Shown: positions 1 to 10,694 of the stretch, piece by piece
Position numbering within the stretch: the first letter of the stretch is position 1
Layout of the letters: each line of letters starts with the position of its first letter
Source: Patescibacteria group bacterium
GTDB taxonomy: Bacteria > Patescibacteriota > JAQUNI01
Direction: 5' to 3'
Assembly: GCA_028717685.1 (NCBI GenBank)
Contig: JAQUNI010000002.1
Coordinates: 71,903 to 135,902 of the forward strand
Length of the DNA stretch: 64,000 nucleotides
The notes under the pieces: generated by a model
Told to the model about the DNA's origin: nothing
The model's input: only the letters and a program-made list of their open reading frames with translations
Databases searched by the model: none
Translations under genes and position numbers: made by a program

Positions 1-1407
1 GAAAAATTAGGTGAAAGGGATTTGGAGGATCTTTTGAGAAGACCATATTTAATTAAGCATTTTCGCAGAACAGAGATTTTGATTATTGATGAGATTTCAA
101 TGCTGCATAGTTTTCAGTTTGATTTGGTAGATCAGATTTGTCGGGCGTTCAAAGAGAATGATGAACCTTTCGGCGGCATGCAGGTTGTTTGTTCGGGCGA
201 TTTTTTTCAGTTGCCGCCTGTGCAAAAAATAGGAAAAGCCGCGAAATTCATTACGGAATCCGATGTCTGGCCAAAGATGGACATTAAGGTTTGTTATCTG
301 GAAGAACAACATCGCCATAAGGACGTTGACCTTCTTTCTTTGCTTGGACATATTCGCGATAATAATTTAAAAGAATCGCATAAAATATTATCCAGCAAAC
401 AGCTCGGAAAGACAGTTTTTTCTTTATCGCCGCCCAAGCTTTATACCCATAACGCGGATGTGGACGTGATTAACAATATGGAGTTAACCAAGATTCCGGG
501 GAAGGAGTTTGCCTATTCAATGCGGGGAAGCGGTCCGAAAAAGTTAGTGCAAGCTTTGCAAGCGGGGTGCCTCGCGCCGGAGCGGTTAAGGCTAAAAAAT
601 GGCGCGAAGGTGATGTTTGTGAAAAATAATTTTGAAAAGGGATATGTGAATGGAACATTGGGTAAAATAATTGGCTTTGATGAACATAAATTTCCGATTG
701 TTGAAACTTGCGCGGGCAAAATGGTAATTGCCTTGCCGGCGAGTTGGACTATTGAAGAGGACGGAAAGGAAAGAGCGGCAATTTATCAATTGCCCCTGCG
801 CTTGGCCTGGGCAATCACGGTGCATAAAAGCCAAGGCATGACCTTGGACGCGGCGGAGGTTGACCTTTCCAAATCTTTCGTGGAAGGGATGGGCTATGTC
901 GCTCTTTCGCGGGTGCGGTCTTTTGACGGCCTCAAATTGTTAGGGATCAATGATCTAGCGCTTCAAGTGAATAAGGAAGTTTTAAGCTTGGATAAAAATT
1001 TAAGGCAGATATCGCGAGAGGCGATGGTTTCTTTACGGGAAGAAATAAACCAAAGAATGAAGTTGAAAGATGACGAGATTGAAGAGGATATTAAAAAGGA
1101 GAATAAAGGTCATCTTTCAACTTACGAGAAAACTAGAATGTTGGTGGCGGAAAGATTGCCGCTGGAAGAGATTGCTTCAAGACGCGGTTTGAAACAAGAG
1201 ACTATCGTGAGCCATTTAGAGAAGCTAGCGCAAAATAATAAAATTAAGGAAATGAGCTTAGATTATTTAAAATTGCCGGAGAGCCGTTTTGAAATTATCA
1301 AGATTGCTTTTCAGCAAACTGGGGAGATGTATTTAAAGCCGGTGCGTGAAATATTAGGCAAAGATTTTTCTTATCAAGAATTAAGATTAGCGCGCTTATT
1401 TCTATGA
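1..1407 (+). CDS. SF1 Pif1/RecD-like DNA helicase, 3' portion (5' end outside window)
   Basis: In-frame from base 1. Motifs DEISM (Walker B), GDFFQLPPV (Pif1 motif III), TVHKSQG (motif V), C-terminal HTH-like tail. TGA stop at 1405-1407. Confidence 0.7.
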   Translation, partial: EKLGERDLEDLLRRPYLIKHFRRTEILIIDEISMLHSFQFDLVDQICRAFKENDEPFGGMQVVCSGDFFQLPPVQKIGKAAKFITESDVWPKMDIKVCYLEEQHRHKDVDLLSLLGHIRDNNLKESHKILSSKQLGKTVFSLSPPKLYTHNADVDVINNMELTKIPGKEFAYSMRGSGPKKLVQALQAGCLAPERLRLKNGAKVMFVKNNFEKGYVNGTLGKIIGFDEHKFPIVETCAGKMVIALPASWTIEEDGKERAAIYQLPLRLAWAITVHKSQGMTLDAAEVDLSKSFVEGMGYVALSRVRSFDGLKLLGINDLALQVNKEVLSLDKNLRQISREAMVSLREEINQRMKLKDDEIEEDIKKENKGHLSTYEKTRMLVAERLPLEEIASRRGLKQETIVSHLEKLAQNNKIKEMSLDYLKLPESRFEIIKIAFQQTGEMYLKPVREILGKDFSYQELRLARLFL

Positions 1408-1625
1408 CCATTTCCTGCAAAGTTATTCCTAACGCCAAGCAGAATAAAATAGCCGTTCTTTCAGACGGTTGTTTTAAGACTTATTTAACCGTGCCAGCAG
1501 TGGAAGGTAAGGCGAATAAAGCCTTAATCAAGATTCTGGCGGATTGTTTTGACGTGGCAAAGGGTAAAATCCAGATTATGCGCGGGGAAAGGGGAAGGAA
1601 CAAAATTGTTCGGGTTCAAAAATAG
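1404..1625 (+). CDS. DUF167 (YggU/UPF0235) family small protein
   Basis: 73 aa; PAVEGKANKALIKILA and GKIQIMRGERGRNKIV match the DUF167 pattern. ATGA start/stop overlap with the upstream helicase. Confidence 0.65.
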   Translation: MTISCKVIPNAKQNKIAVLSDGCFKTYLTVPAVEGKANKALIKILADCFDVAKGKIQIMRGERGRNKIVRVQK

Positions 1626-1742
1626 GAGAGATGGGTTTGTGAAGTCTTCATGGGGGTAGTGAGCAGAGACACGAAGTTTTGATATCTCTACATATTTTTT
1701 AAAAAATGTTATAATAAAATTAAGCCATTAAATTTCATTTTT

Positions 1743-2408
1743 ATGCCTTTAGATCAAAACCAAAATCAGGATAAAACATCTGCTCTCCCTGCTTCACCCC
1801 AAACTTTGCAAGAAGTTAGTGAGCAGAGATTAAAAAAACAAGCTCTTGAGGGGCAAAAAATAGCTGAGGGGGGCGCATCCGAACCCCAAAGCCCGCCCGA
1901 GATAAAACCCGAGTTTGAACAATTATCAGAGAGAAAGGCAATAACATCTCCTCCTCCGTCTCCAGAGGAGGCGCAAGCTGCACCCGCAGAGCATCCTTTA
2001 GTAACCATTCAAAGGGAAAAGGCGCGCCGCGCTTTAGAGGAACAAAATGCCGCCGTGGAAAAATTGGAAATGGCGCGGGAAGCAGTCCAGGGCACGCAGG
2101 AAGAAATTGAAAAGGAAAGTGAAAAGACTGCCGCGAAAGCGGAATTATCCGCGGAAAGAATAGAGAAAGGAAGGCCGCAGGGCGTGGAAGCGGCGCGGCA
2201 AACGCAAACCGCGGCAGGCAAGGCAGAAGAAGCGGCAAAAGACTTAAAGCAAGAAGCACGGGAAGCGGTCGCAGAGCAAAAAGAGGTAGCGGGCGCAGAA
2301 AAGAAAGCGCAGGTTGAAGTGCAAAAATTTAAACAATTACAACGTTTGGATCCTTATGCTCAAAAAGATGCTTTAAGCCAGGGTCGTGGGGAAAAGAAAG
2401 CGGCATGA
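1743..2408 (+). CDS. hypothetical E/A/K/Q-rich low-complexity protein
   Basis: 221 aa, charged, coiled-coil-like. Antisense ORFs inside it are artefacts of the GC-rich repeats. Confidence 0.45.
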   Translation: MPLDQNQNQDKTSALPASPQTLQEVSEQRLKKQALEGQKIAEGGASEPQSPPEIKPEFEQLSERKAITSPPPSPEEAQAAPAEHPLVTIQREKARRALEEQNAAVEKLEMAREAVQGTQEEIEKESEKTAAKAELSAERIEKGRPQGVEAARQTQTAAGKAEEAAKDLKQEAREAVAEQKEVAGAEKKAQVEVQKFKQLQRLDPYAQKDALSQGRGEKKAA

Positions 2409-2451
2409 AAATCGTGTAACTTATAACTTGTAACTTATAACCCAAGAGAGA

Positions 2452-2820
2452 ATGGAACGGACAAATCAATTTCATCAGGAATTAAAGAAGTTTATGGATA
2501 TTTATGCAAATAAAGTTTATGATTATACTCAAGATTTCCCTAAGATAGAGCAATTTGGTTTAACATCGCAGTTACGGAGAGCGGCTTTGTCTGTGATCCT
2601 GAATTATATAGAAGGTTATGCCCGACAGAGCAGAAATACTTTAAGGAACTTTTTAGAAATTTCATATGGATCATTAAAAGAAAGTAAGTATCTTATCTAT
2701 TTTTCTCATCACAGGCAATATTTAAATAAAGAGCAATATTGTGAACTAATTAATCTGGCTGAAAAAATAGGAGCAATGCTTTGGGGGATAATTTCAAAAC
2801 TCAAAGTTCATCGCCCGTAA
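2452..2820 (+). CDS. four-helix-bundle protein (TIGR02436 / 23S rRNA IVS protein / Avd-like family)
   Basis: 122 aa; LRRAALSVILNYIEGY and SYGSLKESKYLIY are typical of the family. Flanked by short tandem repeats. Confidence 0.6.
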   Translation: MERTNQFHQELKKFMDIYANKVYDYTQDFPKIEQFGLTSQLRRAALSVILNYIEGYARQSRNTLRNFLEISYGSLKESKYLIYFSHHRQYLNKEQYCELINLAEKIGAMLWGIISKLKVHRP

Positions 2821-2875
2821 TGTGTTTTATAAATCTTGAGTTACACGTTACACGTTACACGTTACGCTATCTTTA

Positions 2876-5397
2876 TGAATGAAACTAATTTTTCCATCAT
2901 CTATCTTTTATGTGGGATGCTTTTTGTTCTATTGCTTATTTTGATTGCTTATTTTTTGATATTGAGCCAGCGTAAGAAATCCAAAGTGCCTAAGGCTTTC
3001 CAAACAACTTTGTTTTCAATTCGGGTGCCCAAAGAAATAGGCAAGGGGGAGAAAGAGGAAAAACAGGAAGAGAAGGAATTGATCGCGGTGGCGGAACAAG
3101 TGTTCGCCGGCTTCGCGCAACTCAATCGCATGAAAAAAGCCAAGCTTTGGGAGGAAAAAGATTTTGTTTCCTTGGAAATTGTGGCGCATCATAATGAAAC
3201 AAGTTTTTACGTTTGCTGTCCGAATAATCTGGTGGGGCTCGTGGAAAAACAAATCCAGGCGGCTTATCCCAGAGCCGAACTGGAAGAGATGAAGGAATAC
3301 AATTTTTATACTCCCGAGAGTGTGGTGCTCGCGACGAATATGGTTTTGGCGCGCGAAAACGTTTTTCCAATCAAGACTTACAAATACTTGGAAAATGATC
3401 CCCTTTCGGCTCTTGCTAATGCTTTAAGTAAGATGGGAGACCAAGAAGGAGGGGGTATAGAATTGATGATTCGTCCCGCTCCCAAAGGCTGGCAGACCAA
3501 GGGTCTTTCCGCGGCGCGCAAGATTCAGCAGGGCGTGAAAACCGCGGAGGCGGTGGGCGCGAAGGGCGTGGCAGGGAAGCTCGCACGCTTTGCCGGCGAG
3601 GTGGTGACGACAGCGGTTCAAGGAGCCGAGAAGAAGAAAAGAGCGCCGGAAGTGGAAGGGGAAAAACAGATTGAAGCGCCGCCTTCCTTAACCCCCCTGC
3701 AGCAGGAAACGGTAAAGCTTTTGGAAGAGAAAGCGAACAAGGTCGCTTTTGAAACCAATATTCGCTTGGCGGCCGCGAGTCCCACGCGCGAGCAAGCCGA
3801 GATTAAATTGTCCAATTTAATTAACGCTTTCCAGCAGTTTACTTACCCCGAATATAATAGTTTCAAGCCAGATAAGAATAAAAAATGGAGCGCCAAAAAA
3901 ACGATTACTAATTTTAACTTTCGTTTTTTTGATGAGGAAAAAGCGAGCATTTTAAATACCGAGGAGCTGGCGAGCATTTTTCATTTGCCTACGGCTTACA
4001 CCGAAACGCCAGAAGTGAAATGGCTTACCGCCAAGAAGGGCGAGGCGCCCGCCAATCTGCCCCAAGAAGGGATTGTGATTGGCAAGAATGTTTTTCGGGG
4101 CGTGGAGAGATTGGTGCGGATTCAAAGAGAAGATCGGCGCCGCCATTTGTATATTATTGGTCAGACCGGAACGGGCAAAACCACCTTGCTTAAAAATATG
4201 GTGGCGCAGGATTTGCAAAGCGGCGAGGGTGTTTGCGTGGTGGATCCCCATGGCGAACTCATTGAAGAATTATTAGGTCTTATGCCGAGAAACAGAGCAG
4301 AAGATGTCGTGGTTTTTGACCCGGGAGATATTGACCGCCCTTTAGGGCTTAATATGTTGGAGTACAACACGCCCGAACAGAAGGACTTTGTAGTTTCCGA
4401 GATGATTGCTATTTTCCATAAGCTTTTTCCGCCGGAGATTGTGGGTCCGATGTTTGAGCACAATATGCGCAATGTGATGCTGACCTTGATGGCGGATCCG
4501 GACAATCCAGGGACGATTACCGAGATTCCGCGGATGTTCACTGATCCGGAATATCAAAAATACAAGATCGCGAAAGTGACGGATACGGTGGTGCGCGATT
4601 TTTGGGAGAAGGAAATGGCAAAGACCACGGATTTTCATAAATCCGAAATGTTGGGCTATCTAATTTCCAAGATTGGGCAGTTTGTGGAGAATACGATGAT
4701 GCGCAATATTATCGGTCAGCAGCGCTCCGCCTTCAATCTCCGCGAGATTATGGACTCCGGCAAAATTTTACTCGTTAATCTGTCTAAAGGCAAAACCGGC
4801 GAGATTAATTCTTCGTTGCTCGGTCTCATCATTGTTTCTAAAATTCAGATGGCGGCAATGGGGCGGGTGGATATCCCCGAGGAAGAGCGGCGCGATTTTT
4901 ATCTTTACATTGATGAGTTCCAAAATTTCACCACGGATAGTATTATGACGATTTTGTCCGAAGCCCGCAAATACCGCCTGAATTTAACCCTCGCCAATCA
5001 ATATATCGCCCAGCTTCCGGAACAGATTCGCGACGCGGTTTTTGGCAATGTCGGCAGCCTTGCTTCTTTCCGGATCGGACCCAATGACGCCGAGTTTGTG
5101 GAAAAACAAACCGAGCCGGTTTTTTCTGCCCACGATTTAATCAATCTTGGCCAATTCCAAACCTATTTGAAACTTACTATAAATAATACGCCTTCCAAAG
5201 CCTTTAGTATGCAGACCTTGCCGCCCGAGCAAAAGCCTGACCGCGATTTGGCGCAAAGAATAAAAAATTTATCGCGCTTGAAATACGGCAAGGAGCGCGC
5301 GGAAGTGGAAGCGAAGACTATGGAGCAGCTTCAGCCGGAAATGGAACCAGGAAGTGGGGACCAGGAATCAGGAGGAATTATTAATTCTTCTGTTTAA
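2876..5397 (+). CDS. VirD4/TraG/TrwB-like coupling ATPase (T4SS DNA-transfer, AAA_10/DUF87-like) with N-terminal TM segment
   Basis: N-terminal hydrophobic helix, Walker A IIGQTGTGKTT, DPHGE, Walker B LYIDEFQNF. An upstream in-frame start at 2836 is possible. Confidence 0.6.
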
Positions 5398-5449
5398 GTT
5401 TTGGCGTTAATTTTTTACCAACATCGTATTTAATAGATCTGCTATATTT

Positions 5450-6910
5450 TTGACTTTTTGTTTGAGTATCATCGGAGGCATATTTGTTGGTGGGTTAATA
5501 CAGGATTTGAGTGGAGATATAATATGTATTATATTGATTGGCTTGGCAGTTTTAGGAATAATTATCACCAGCGTTTTCTGGTCTGAAAGACTAGGGAAAA
5601 TAATAGGACTCGCGATCCTATTTTTTGTTCTGGGCGTATGGCGCTTTGAGATGAGCGCGCCCGAAATTAACGCCGCGCACATTGCTTATTATAATAATCA
5701 GGAAGAAATGAGCTTTTTGGGTATAGTCAATAAAGAGCCAGACGCGCGGGACATAAATACCAAGCTCACAGTGGAAGCCGTGGGCAATTATCAAGGCAAG
5801 ATACTGGTAACAGTTCTAAATTATCCCCAATACCATTACGGGGATAAACTAAAAATCACCTGCAAATTGCAAACCCCAAAAGAGGAAGAAGATTTTTCTT
5901 ACAAAAATTATTTAAGCCTTTTTGGCATTTATTCGGTTTGCTATCCAAAAGAGGGGGGAGTGCAATTACTGTCTTTCAATAACGGCAATTTTATTTACGC
6001 AGCCATTTTGAAACTAAAAGCAGAAACCAGCAATGTGATTAGCAAAATTTTGCCAGAACCGCAAGCATCATTGTTAGCCGGATTAACCTTGGGCGTGCGA
6101 GGTAATTTTCCGCAAAAAGTTTTGGATGATTTTTCCCGCGTGGGTATAACCCATATCATCGCTGTTTCCGGTTTTAACATCACCTTAATTTCTACGATAG
6201 TGATGTCTATCCTTTTAACCTTAGGTTTATGGCGGAAGCATGCTTTTTATTTCGCGGTTTTGTTTTTGATTTTGTATGTCATCTTGGTCGGCGCGCCCGC
6301 TTCTGCGGTAAGGGCGGGGGTAATGGGATTTCTGTTTTTATTGGCGCAACGTTTGGGTCGCCTGAATTATTCCGCCAACGCGATTGTTTTTGCCGCGGCG
6401 GCGATGCTTGCCATTAATCCCAGGCTATTGCCTTATGATGTCGGCTTCCAGCTTTCCTTCGCGGCGATTCTGGGACTTGTTTATGTTTATCCAATTTTTG
6501 TAAAATGGTTCGCGAAATTACCAGAACTTGGCTTGATTAAAAATATCGTCTTGCTTACCCTTGCCGCCCAAGTCGCCACCTTGCCTTTATTGATGTTTCA
6601 TTTCAGCAAGCTTTCATTAATTTCTCCGATTGCTAACATTTTGGTTGTTCCCTTTATTCCCTTAATTACAATTTTAGGTTTCTGCGGCATTATTTTCGGT
6701 TTTGTTTATTGGCTATTTGGCTGGATATTTAGTTGGCTCATCTGGCCGTTTCTAACCTTGATTCTTAAAGTCAGTGATTATCTAGCTCAAATTCCTTATA
6801 GCTTTTTAGAATTAAAGATGCAATGGTGGATGGTGGTCATTTATTATTTAGTTTTAATAGGATTTTTGGTTTGGTATAATAAGATTGGAATTAGGAAGCA
6901 GGAATTATGA
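5450..6910 (+). CDS. comEC: ComEC/Rec2 N-terminal part (DUF4131 + competence channel domain)
   Basis: Polytopic membrane protein; ITHIIAVSGFNITLI is the conserved ComEC competence-domain motif. Ends with TGA. Confidence 0.7.
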   Translation: MTFCLSIIGGIFVGGLIQDLSGDIICIILIGLAVLGIIITSVFWSERLGKIIGLAILFFVLGVWRFEMSAPEINAAHIAYYNNQEEMSFLGIVNKEPDARDINTKLTVEAVGNYQGKILVTVLNYPQYHYGDKLKITCKLQTPKEEEDFSYKNYLSLFGIYSVCYPKEGGVQLLSFNNGNFIYAAILKLKAETSNVISKILPEPQASLLAGLTLGVRGNFPQKVLDDFSRVGITHIIAVSGFNITLISTIVMSILLTLGLWRKHAFYFAVLFLILYVILVGAPASAVRAGVMGFLFLLAQRLGRLNYSANAIVFAAAAMLAINPRLLPYDVGFQLSFAAILGLVYVYPIFVKWFAKLPELGLIKNIVLLTLAAQVATLPLLMFHFSKLSLISPIANILVVPFIPLITILGFCGIIFGFVYWLFGWIFSWLIWPFLTLILKVSDYLAQIPYSFLELKMQWWMVVIYYLVLIGFLVWYNKIGIRKQEL

Positions 6911-6999
6911 ATCAGGGAGTTCCTCCCCTTTGTAGGGGGAGAGATTTCGGAGGGGCTCATTCCTGATTCCTGATTCATTATTCCTAATTCTATTTTTAA

Positions 7000-7824
7000 A
7001 TGTTGTTTCAAAGATATAAATATTATATCCTCGGATTTTTAGCTGTGCTTGCTATACTTGGTTGGTGGGCAGTTTTGGAGGTGAAAAAGCCCGCGCAATT
7101 TCAGGTTGTCTTTTTTGACGTGGGACAGGGAGACAGTATTTTTATTGAAGATGAAGAGCGGCATCAAATCCTAATTGACGGGGGCGAAGGGAAGGCGGTT
7201 TTAGCAAAACTTGGTAAAGCAATGCCGTTCTTTGACCGTTCATTAGACGCGGTTATCCTTACGCATCCGAATAGAGACCATTTGGGGGGCTTGATAGAAG
7301 TTTTAGAAAGGTACAAAGTGGACAGGGTAATTTATAATGGCGTGGAAAGCGACGATGAATATTACAAAAGATTTAAAGAGATTATCGCCAAGAAAAATAT
7401 CGCAGTTTCATTTCCGCGCTATGGCGAGCATATTATACTCGCCAATAACACCCGTCTTGATTTCTTGTTTCCCTTGGAAGGTTTGAGGGATAAAAAGGTG
7501 AAAGATTTGAATAATACTTCCATTATTTGCCGTCTAGCGCGCGGAGAGAAGGAATATCTCTTGATGGGCGACGCGGGACTAGACGAGGAAGCGGAGTTGA
7601 TTTCTAATAATGTATATCTCAAATCCGATGTTTTAAAAGTAGGACATCATGGCTCAAAGAATTCCACAAGCGAAAATTTTTTGAAAGCCGTTGAACCGCA
7701 AGCCGCGATTATCTCCGTTGGCAAAAATACATATGGTCATCCGAACGAGGCTATTTTAGAAAGGCTTCAGGATTTGGGGACTCAAATTTTGAGGACAGAT
7801 GAAAGAGGGGATATCAGTTATTAA
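7000..7824 (+). CDS. ComEC C-terminal metallo-beta-lactamase domain protein (separate ORF)
   Basis: N-terminal TM; FFDVGQGD, HPNRDHLGG, VGHHGS MBL motifs as in the ComEC C-terminal domain. Confidence 0.7.
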   Translation: MLFQRYKYYILGFLAVLAILGWWAVLEVKKPAQFQVVFFDVGQGDSIFIEDEERHQILIDGGEGKAVLAKLGKAMPFFDRSLDAVILTHPNRDHLGGLIEVLERYKVDRVIYNGVESDDEYYKRFKEIIAKKNIAVSFPRYGEHIILANNTRLDFLFPLEGLRDKKVKDLNNTSIICRLARGEKEYLLMGDAGLDEEAELISNNVYLKSDVLKVGHHGSKNSTSENFLKAVEPQAAIISVGKNTYGHPNEAILERLQDLGTQILRTDERGDISY

Positions 7825-7839
7825 TTTTTAATTTTAAAT

Positions 7840-7965
7840 TTTCATTTGTCATTGCGAGGAGGGCATTTAAGCCCGACGAAGCAATCTCCTAAATCTGTAT
7901 CAATGTAGTTCTATGAGATTGCTTCGTCGTCCGCTTGAGGGCGGACTCCTCGCAATGACAGAATT
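7840..7965. repeat. compound palindromic MITE-like element, copy 1
   Basis: GTCATTGCGAGGAG...GACGAAGCAATCTC // GAGATTGCTTCGTCG...CTCCTCGCAATGAC nested inverted repeats. A second copy lies at 27512-27658. Confidence 0.75.
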
Positions 7966-8390
7966 CAATGTCAATGACTAATTTTAAAACATTACAACCA
8001 AGCGGGATATTTTTAAAATTTTATTTATTGCACTTTATAGGCTATAGTATTAGTGTAATTCGACTGGCTATTTATTAGTATCTTAGTATTGGGGGTGGTA
8101 GAACATTAGTCCTCTTGTTGGTCGTGGGCGCGGTAATACCATCGCTGTTGCTGCCGCGGTCTCTAACACTCGCCATCTATAACAAGTGCCCTAATCAACC
8201 CGTAAAATTTTTCGGGGATATGGTTTTGTGGATGGTCAAAACCATAGAGATTAGGAAGTAGGCTATAAGATGGCTAGATAGAGAGGGGATGAATTTTTTG
8301 TTCATAGTCTCCTCTCCATTTTTTTAATTTTGCTTTTTGTAGTTTTTATGCTAGAATTGAAAAAGATGAATTATTAAATTTTCTAAAATT

Positions 8391-9008
8391 ATGGAGGAAA
8401 AAAATAAGATTAGCGCTGATCATCCGAGCCAAGAGCGCACGGTCGTGATTGTTAAACCCGATGCCGTAGTGCGGGGTTTAGTCGGTGAGATTATTTCCCG
8501 CTTTGAAAAGCGGGGGCTCAAGGTCATTGCCCTGAAGATGGTTTGGCCGACAAGAGAGCACGTGGAAAAGCATTATTCAGGCTCCGAAGAATGGCTCCGC
8601 GGTATGGGTCAAAAAACAATTGACGCCTTTAAAGAGTATGGAATGAATGTTAAAGAAAAAATGGGTACTGATGACTCTTTGGAGATCGGTAAACTTGTCC
8701 AAAAATGGAACGTGAGTTATTTATCTATGGCGCCAGTGGTGGCAATGATTTTAAAAGGGATGCACGCCATTTCCACGGTGCGAAAATTAGTGGGCCATAC
8801 TTTACCGATTTTAGCCCAGCCGGGAACAATCCGCGGCGACTACTCTATTGATACCAACACAGCAGCGAACATTGACCAGCGGGCGATCCACAACATCGTT
8901 CACGCTTCGGGCGATCCCGCCGAAGCGGCACATGAAATTGAACACTGGTTCGCGCCCGAAGAAATTCTTGATTATAAACGGGCAGAGGATGATGTGATGT
9001 TCGCTTAA
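8391..9008 (+). CDS. ndk: nucleoside diphosphate kinase (with internal insertion)
   Basis: ERTVVIVKPDAVVRGLVGEIISRFEKRGLKVIALK and NIVHASGDPAEAAHEIEHWF. RBS-like ATGGAGG context. Confidence 0.85.
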   Translation: MEEKNKISADHPSQERTVVIVKPDAVVRGLVGEIISRFEKRGLKVIALKMVWPTREHVEKHYSGSEEWLRGMGQKTIDAFKEYGMNVKEKMGTDDSLEIGKLVQKWNVSYLSMAPVVAMILKGMHAISTVRKLVGHTLPILAQPGTIRGDYSIDTNTAANIDQRAIHNIVHASGDPAEAAHEIEHWFAPEEILDYKRAEDDVMFA

Positions 9009-9256
9009 AAAATCATATAACGTGTAACTTATAACTTATAACTCAAGGAAGAGAGGCGGGGTTCAATGAAACTCCGCTTTTTTTAATGCTCTTTAGTTTT
9101 AAGATCTTTGCCTTTCTATGTTTGGGCGTCATTACGATATGACGCTTCTTTATTTAATGAAATGAATTTTACAATAAAAACCCCGCGCCAAGATTGACTT
9201 AGAATTTTATAATGAAAAAAGTCGCTAAGTGTTTAGCGACTGTTAGCTTTCTTGTT

Positions 9257-10465
9257 CTATTTTTTAGTATTAATATCCCGATCTTCATTATTATCTTCTT
9301 CAATAATCTCGGGATTTTCTACCACAATTTCGTCTTTGTTTTCTTCTTTATTATCATTGTCTCCATCTGCGCCTATAGGTTTTTTTAAGTCTTTATCACT
9401 AATGTCATGATCAGAAAGTTGGACATTAAACATCCTTTCGACTATGGCTTTCATTGCACTATTTTGGCCTGCTTGGAAAGAGCCAAGTAATTTAACACAC
9501 TCCCTATATACCTTTTCTTTTTCACCTAATTGTGCAATTTTCCATTCCTCTATCTTGTCTAATAATTTAAACATCTGATCAGGATATATTGCGATTTTCC
9601 CGGCCTCATCTTTAACGATATCTGCGATTCCTTTCCGGATATTGAGGTCTATTAGAGCCTTTTCTTCTGTTAATCTGTTAAGCATATCTTCTTGCATCAT
9701 TTTCAATGCGAAATTTGCTTCATCGTTCTTTCTTTTTTGTTCGGCCTCTTTATTTTGTATTTCCAATTTATGTACCGCTTCAGCTTTCGCAAGTATCATT
9801 GTTAGTTCGGCATCACGTTGTTTATTTTTCGCTTCATATTCGTTCTGCACATCTTTGATCTCTAAGCTCTGAATTAGTTCTGCCTTTTCAGTTTCTTTCT
9901 GTTGTTTATCCTTTGCTCTTTGTTCAATAAACGCAACCATTTGTTGATTCTCTGGGCGCATTTCATCAATCGCTATACTGATGACTTCAAAGCAAGATTT
10001 TGTATTGACCAAAAAGTTGTTTATTGCTTTTAGAACTTTTTCGTCAAAATCCTGCGATAAAGGAACGATATCTAAGTAATTAAACAGAGCGATGTTTTTT
10101 CTTAAAACATCACATATCTGATCAGTAAGTGATATTTCTTCTTGTTGGGAATTAACAACGATTCGTTTAATACTCTCATTATCCTCTTTGATTTTTACTT
10201 GGGCGTTAATTTTGCCTCTTAAAGCAATTTTATCTTGCGTGTGAAAATTGCCCACAAACGTAGCTTCCACATTTTGGGGTGTCATCTTGACAAAAGCCAG
10301 TCTGTCATAATTGCGGTTCCATTTCATTGGTATTGCGACTAACCCAATTTTTGCCACTGTGAGGGGAGTATTCCCATTCATAAATGCTAACCTTAATTCT
10401 TTAGTGGAATAATGTTCTTGAAGCCATTTCGGTTCTTTATAAGAAACCCAATTTATACTTGCCAT
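9257..10465 (-). CDS. SPFH/band-7-like N-terminal domain protein with long EA/K-rich coiled coil and acidic tail
   Basis: 402 aa; the N-terminal ~150 aa loosely resemble an SPFH fold, the central part is flotillin-like coiled coil. Weak assignment. Confidence 0.35.
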   Translation of the reverse strand: MASINWVSYKEPKWLQEHYSTKELRLAFMNGNTPLTVAKIGLVAIPMKWNRNYDRLAFVKMTPQNVEATFVGNFHTQDKIALRGKINAQVKIKEDNESIKRIVVNSQQEEISLTDQICDVLRKNIALFNYLDIVPLSQDFDEKVLKAINNFLVNTKSCFEVISIAIDEMRPENQQMVAFIEQRAKDKQQKETEKAELIQSLEIKDVQNEYEAKNKQRDAELTMILAKAEAVHKLEIQNKEAEQKRKNDEANFALKMMQEDMLNRLTEEKALIDLNIRKGIADIVKDEAGKIAIYPDQMFKLLDKIEEWKIAQLGEKEKVYRECVKLLGSFQAGQNSAMKAIVERMFNVQLSDHDISDKDLKKPIGADGDNDNKEENKDEIVVENPEIIEEDNNEDRDINTKK

Positions 10466-10694
10466 CTGAATTTCCTCCTTTTAAGTTGTGAAATGTACGA
10501 TCTATTCTATGCCTTATCAAACTTTAGCGTTTTTCTAGTTTACATGGAATTATAAGACATATATTTAAATTAGTCAATGATTTATATTTGACATAAGTAA
10601 TTTTCTATTATAATATCTAATGAAATCAGATCAAGATGGCACTTTATATAAAATAATATATTTTACTGACGTTTTCAAACTGGAGGTATAGACT

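Noticed and set aside
8085-8335. tmRNA / RNase P / SRP RNA identity for the GC-rich patch
   Set aside because: No UUCGAC or tRNA-like ends and no tag reading frame (tmRNA), no SRP AGGUCAGG-GGAAG motif, and it is far too short for RNase P. It is kept only as an unclassified sRNA candidate.
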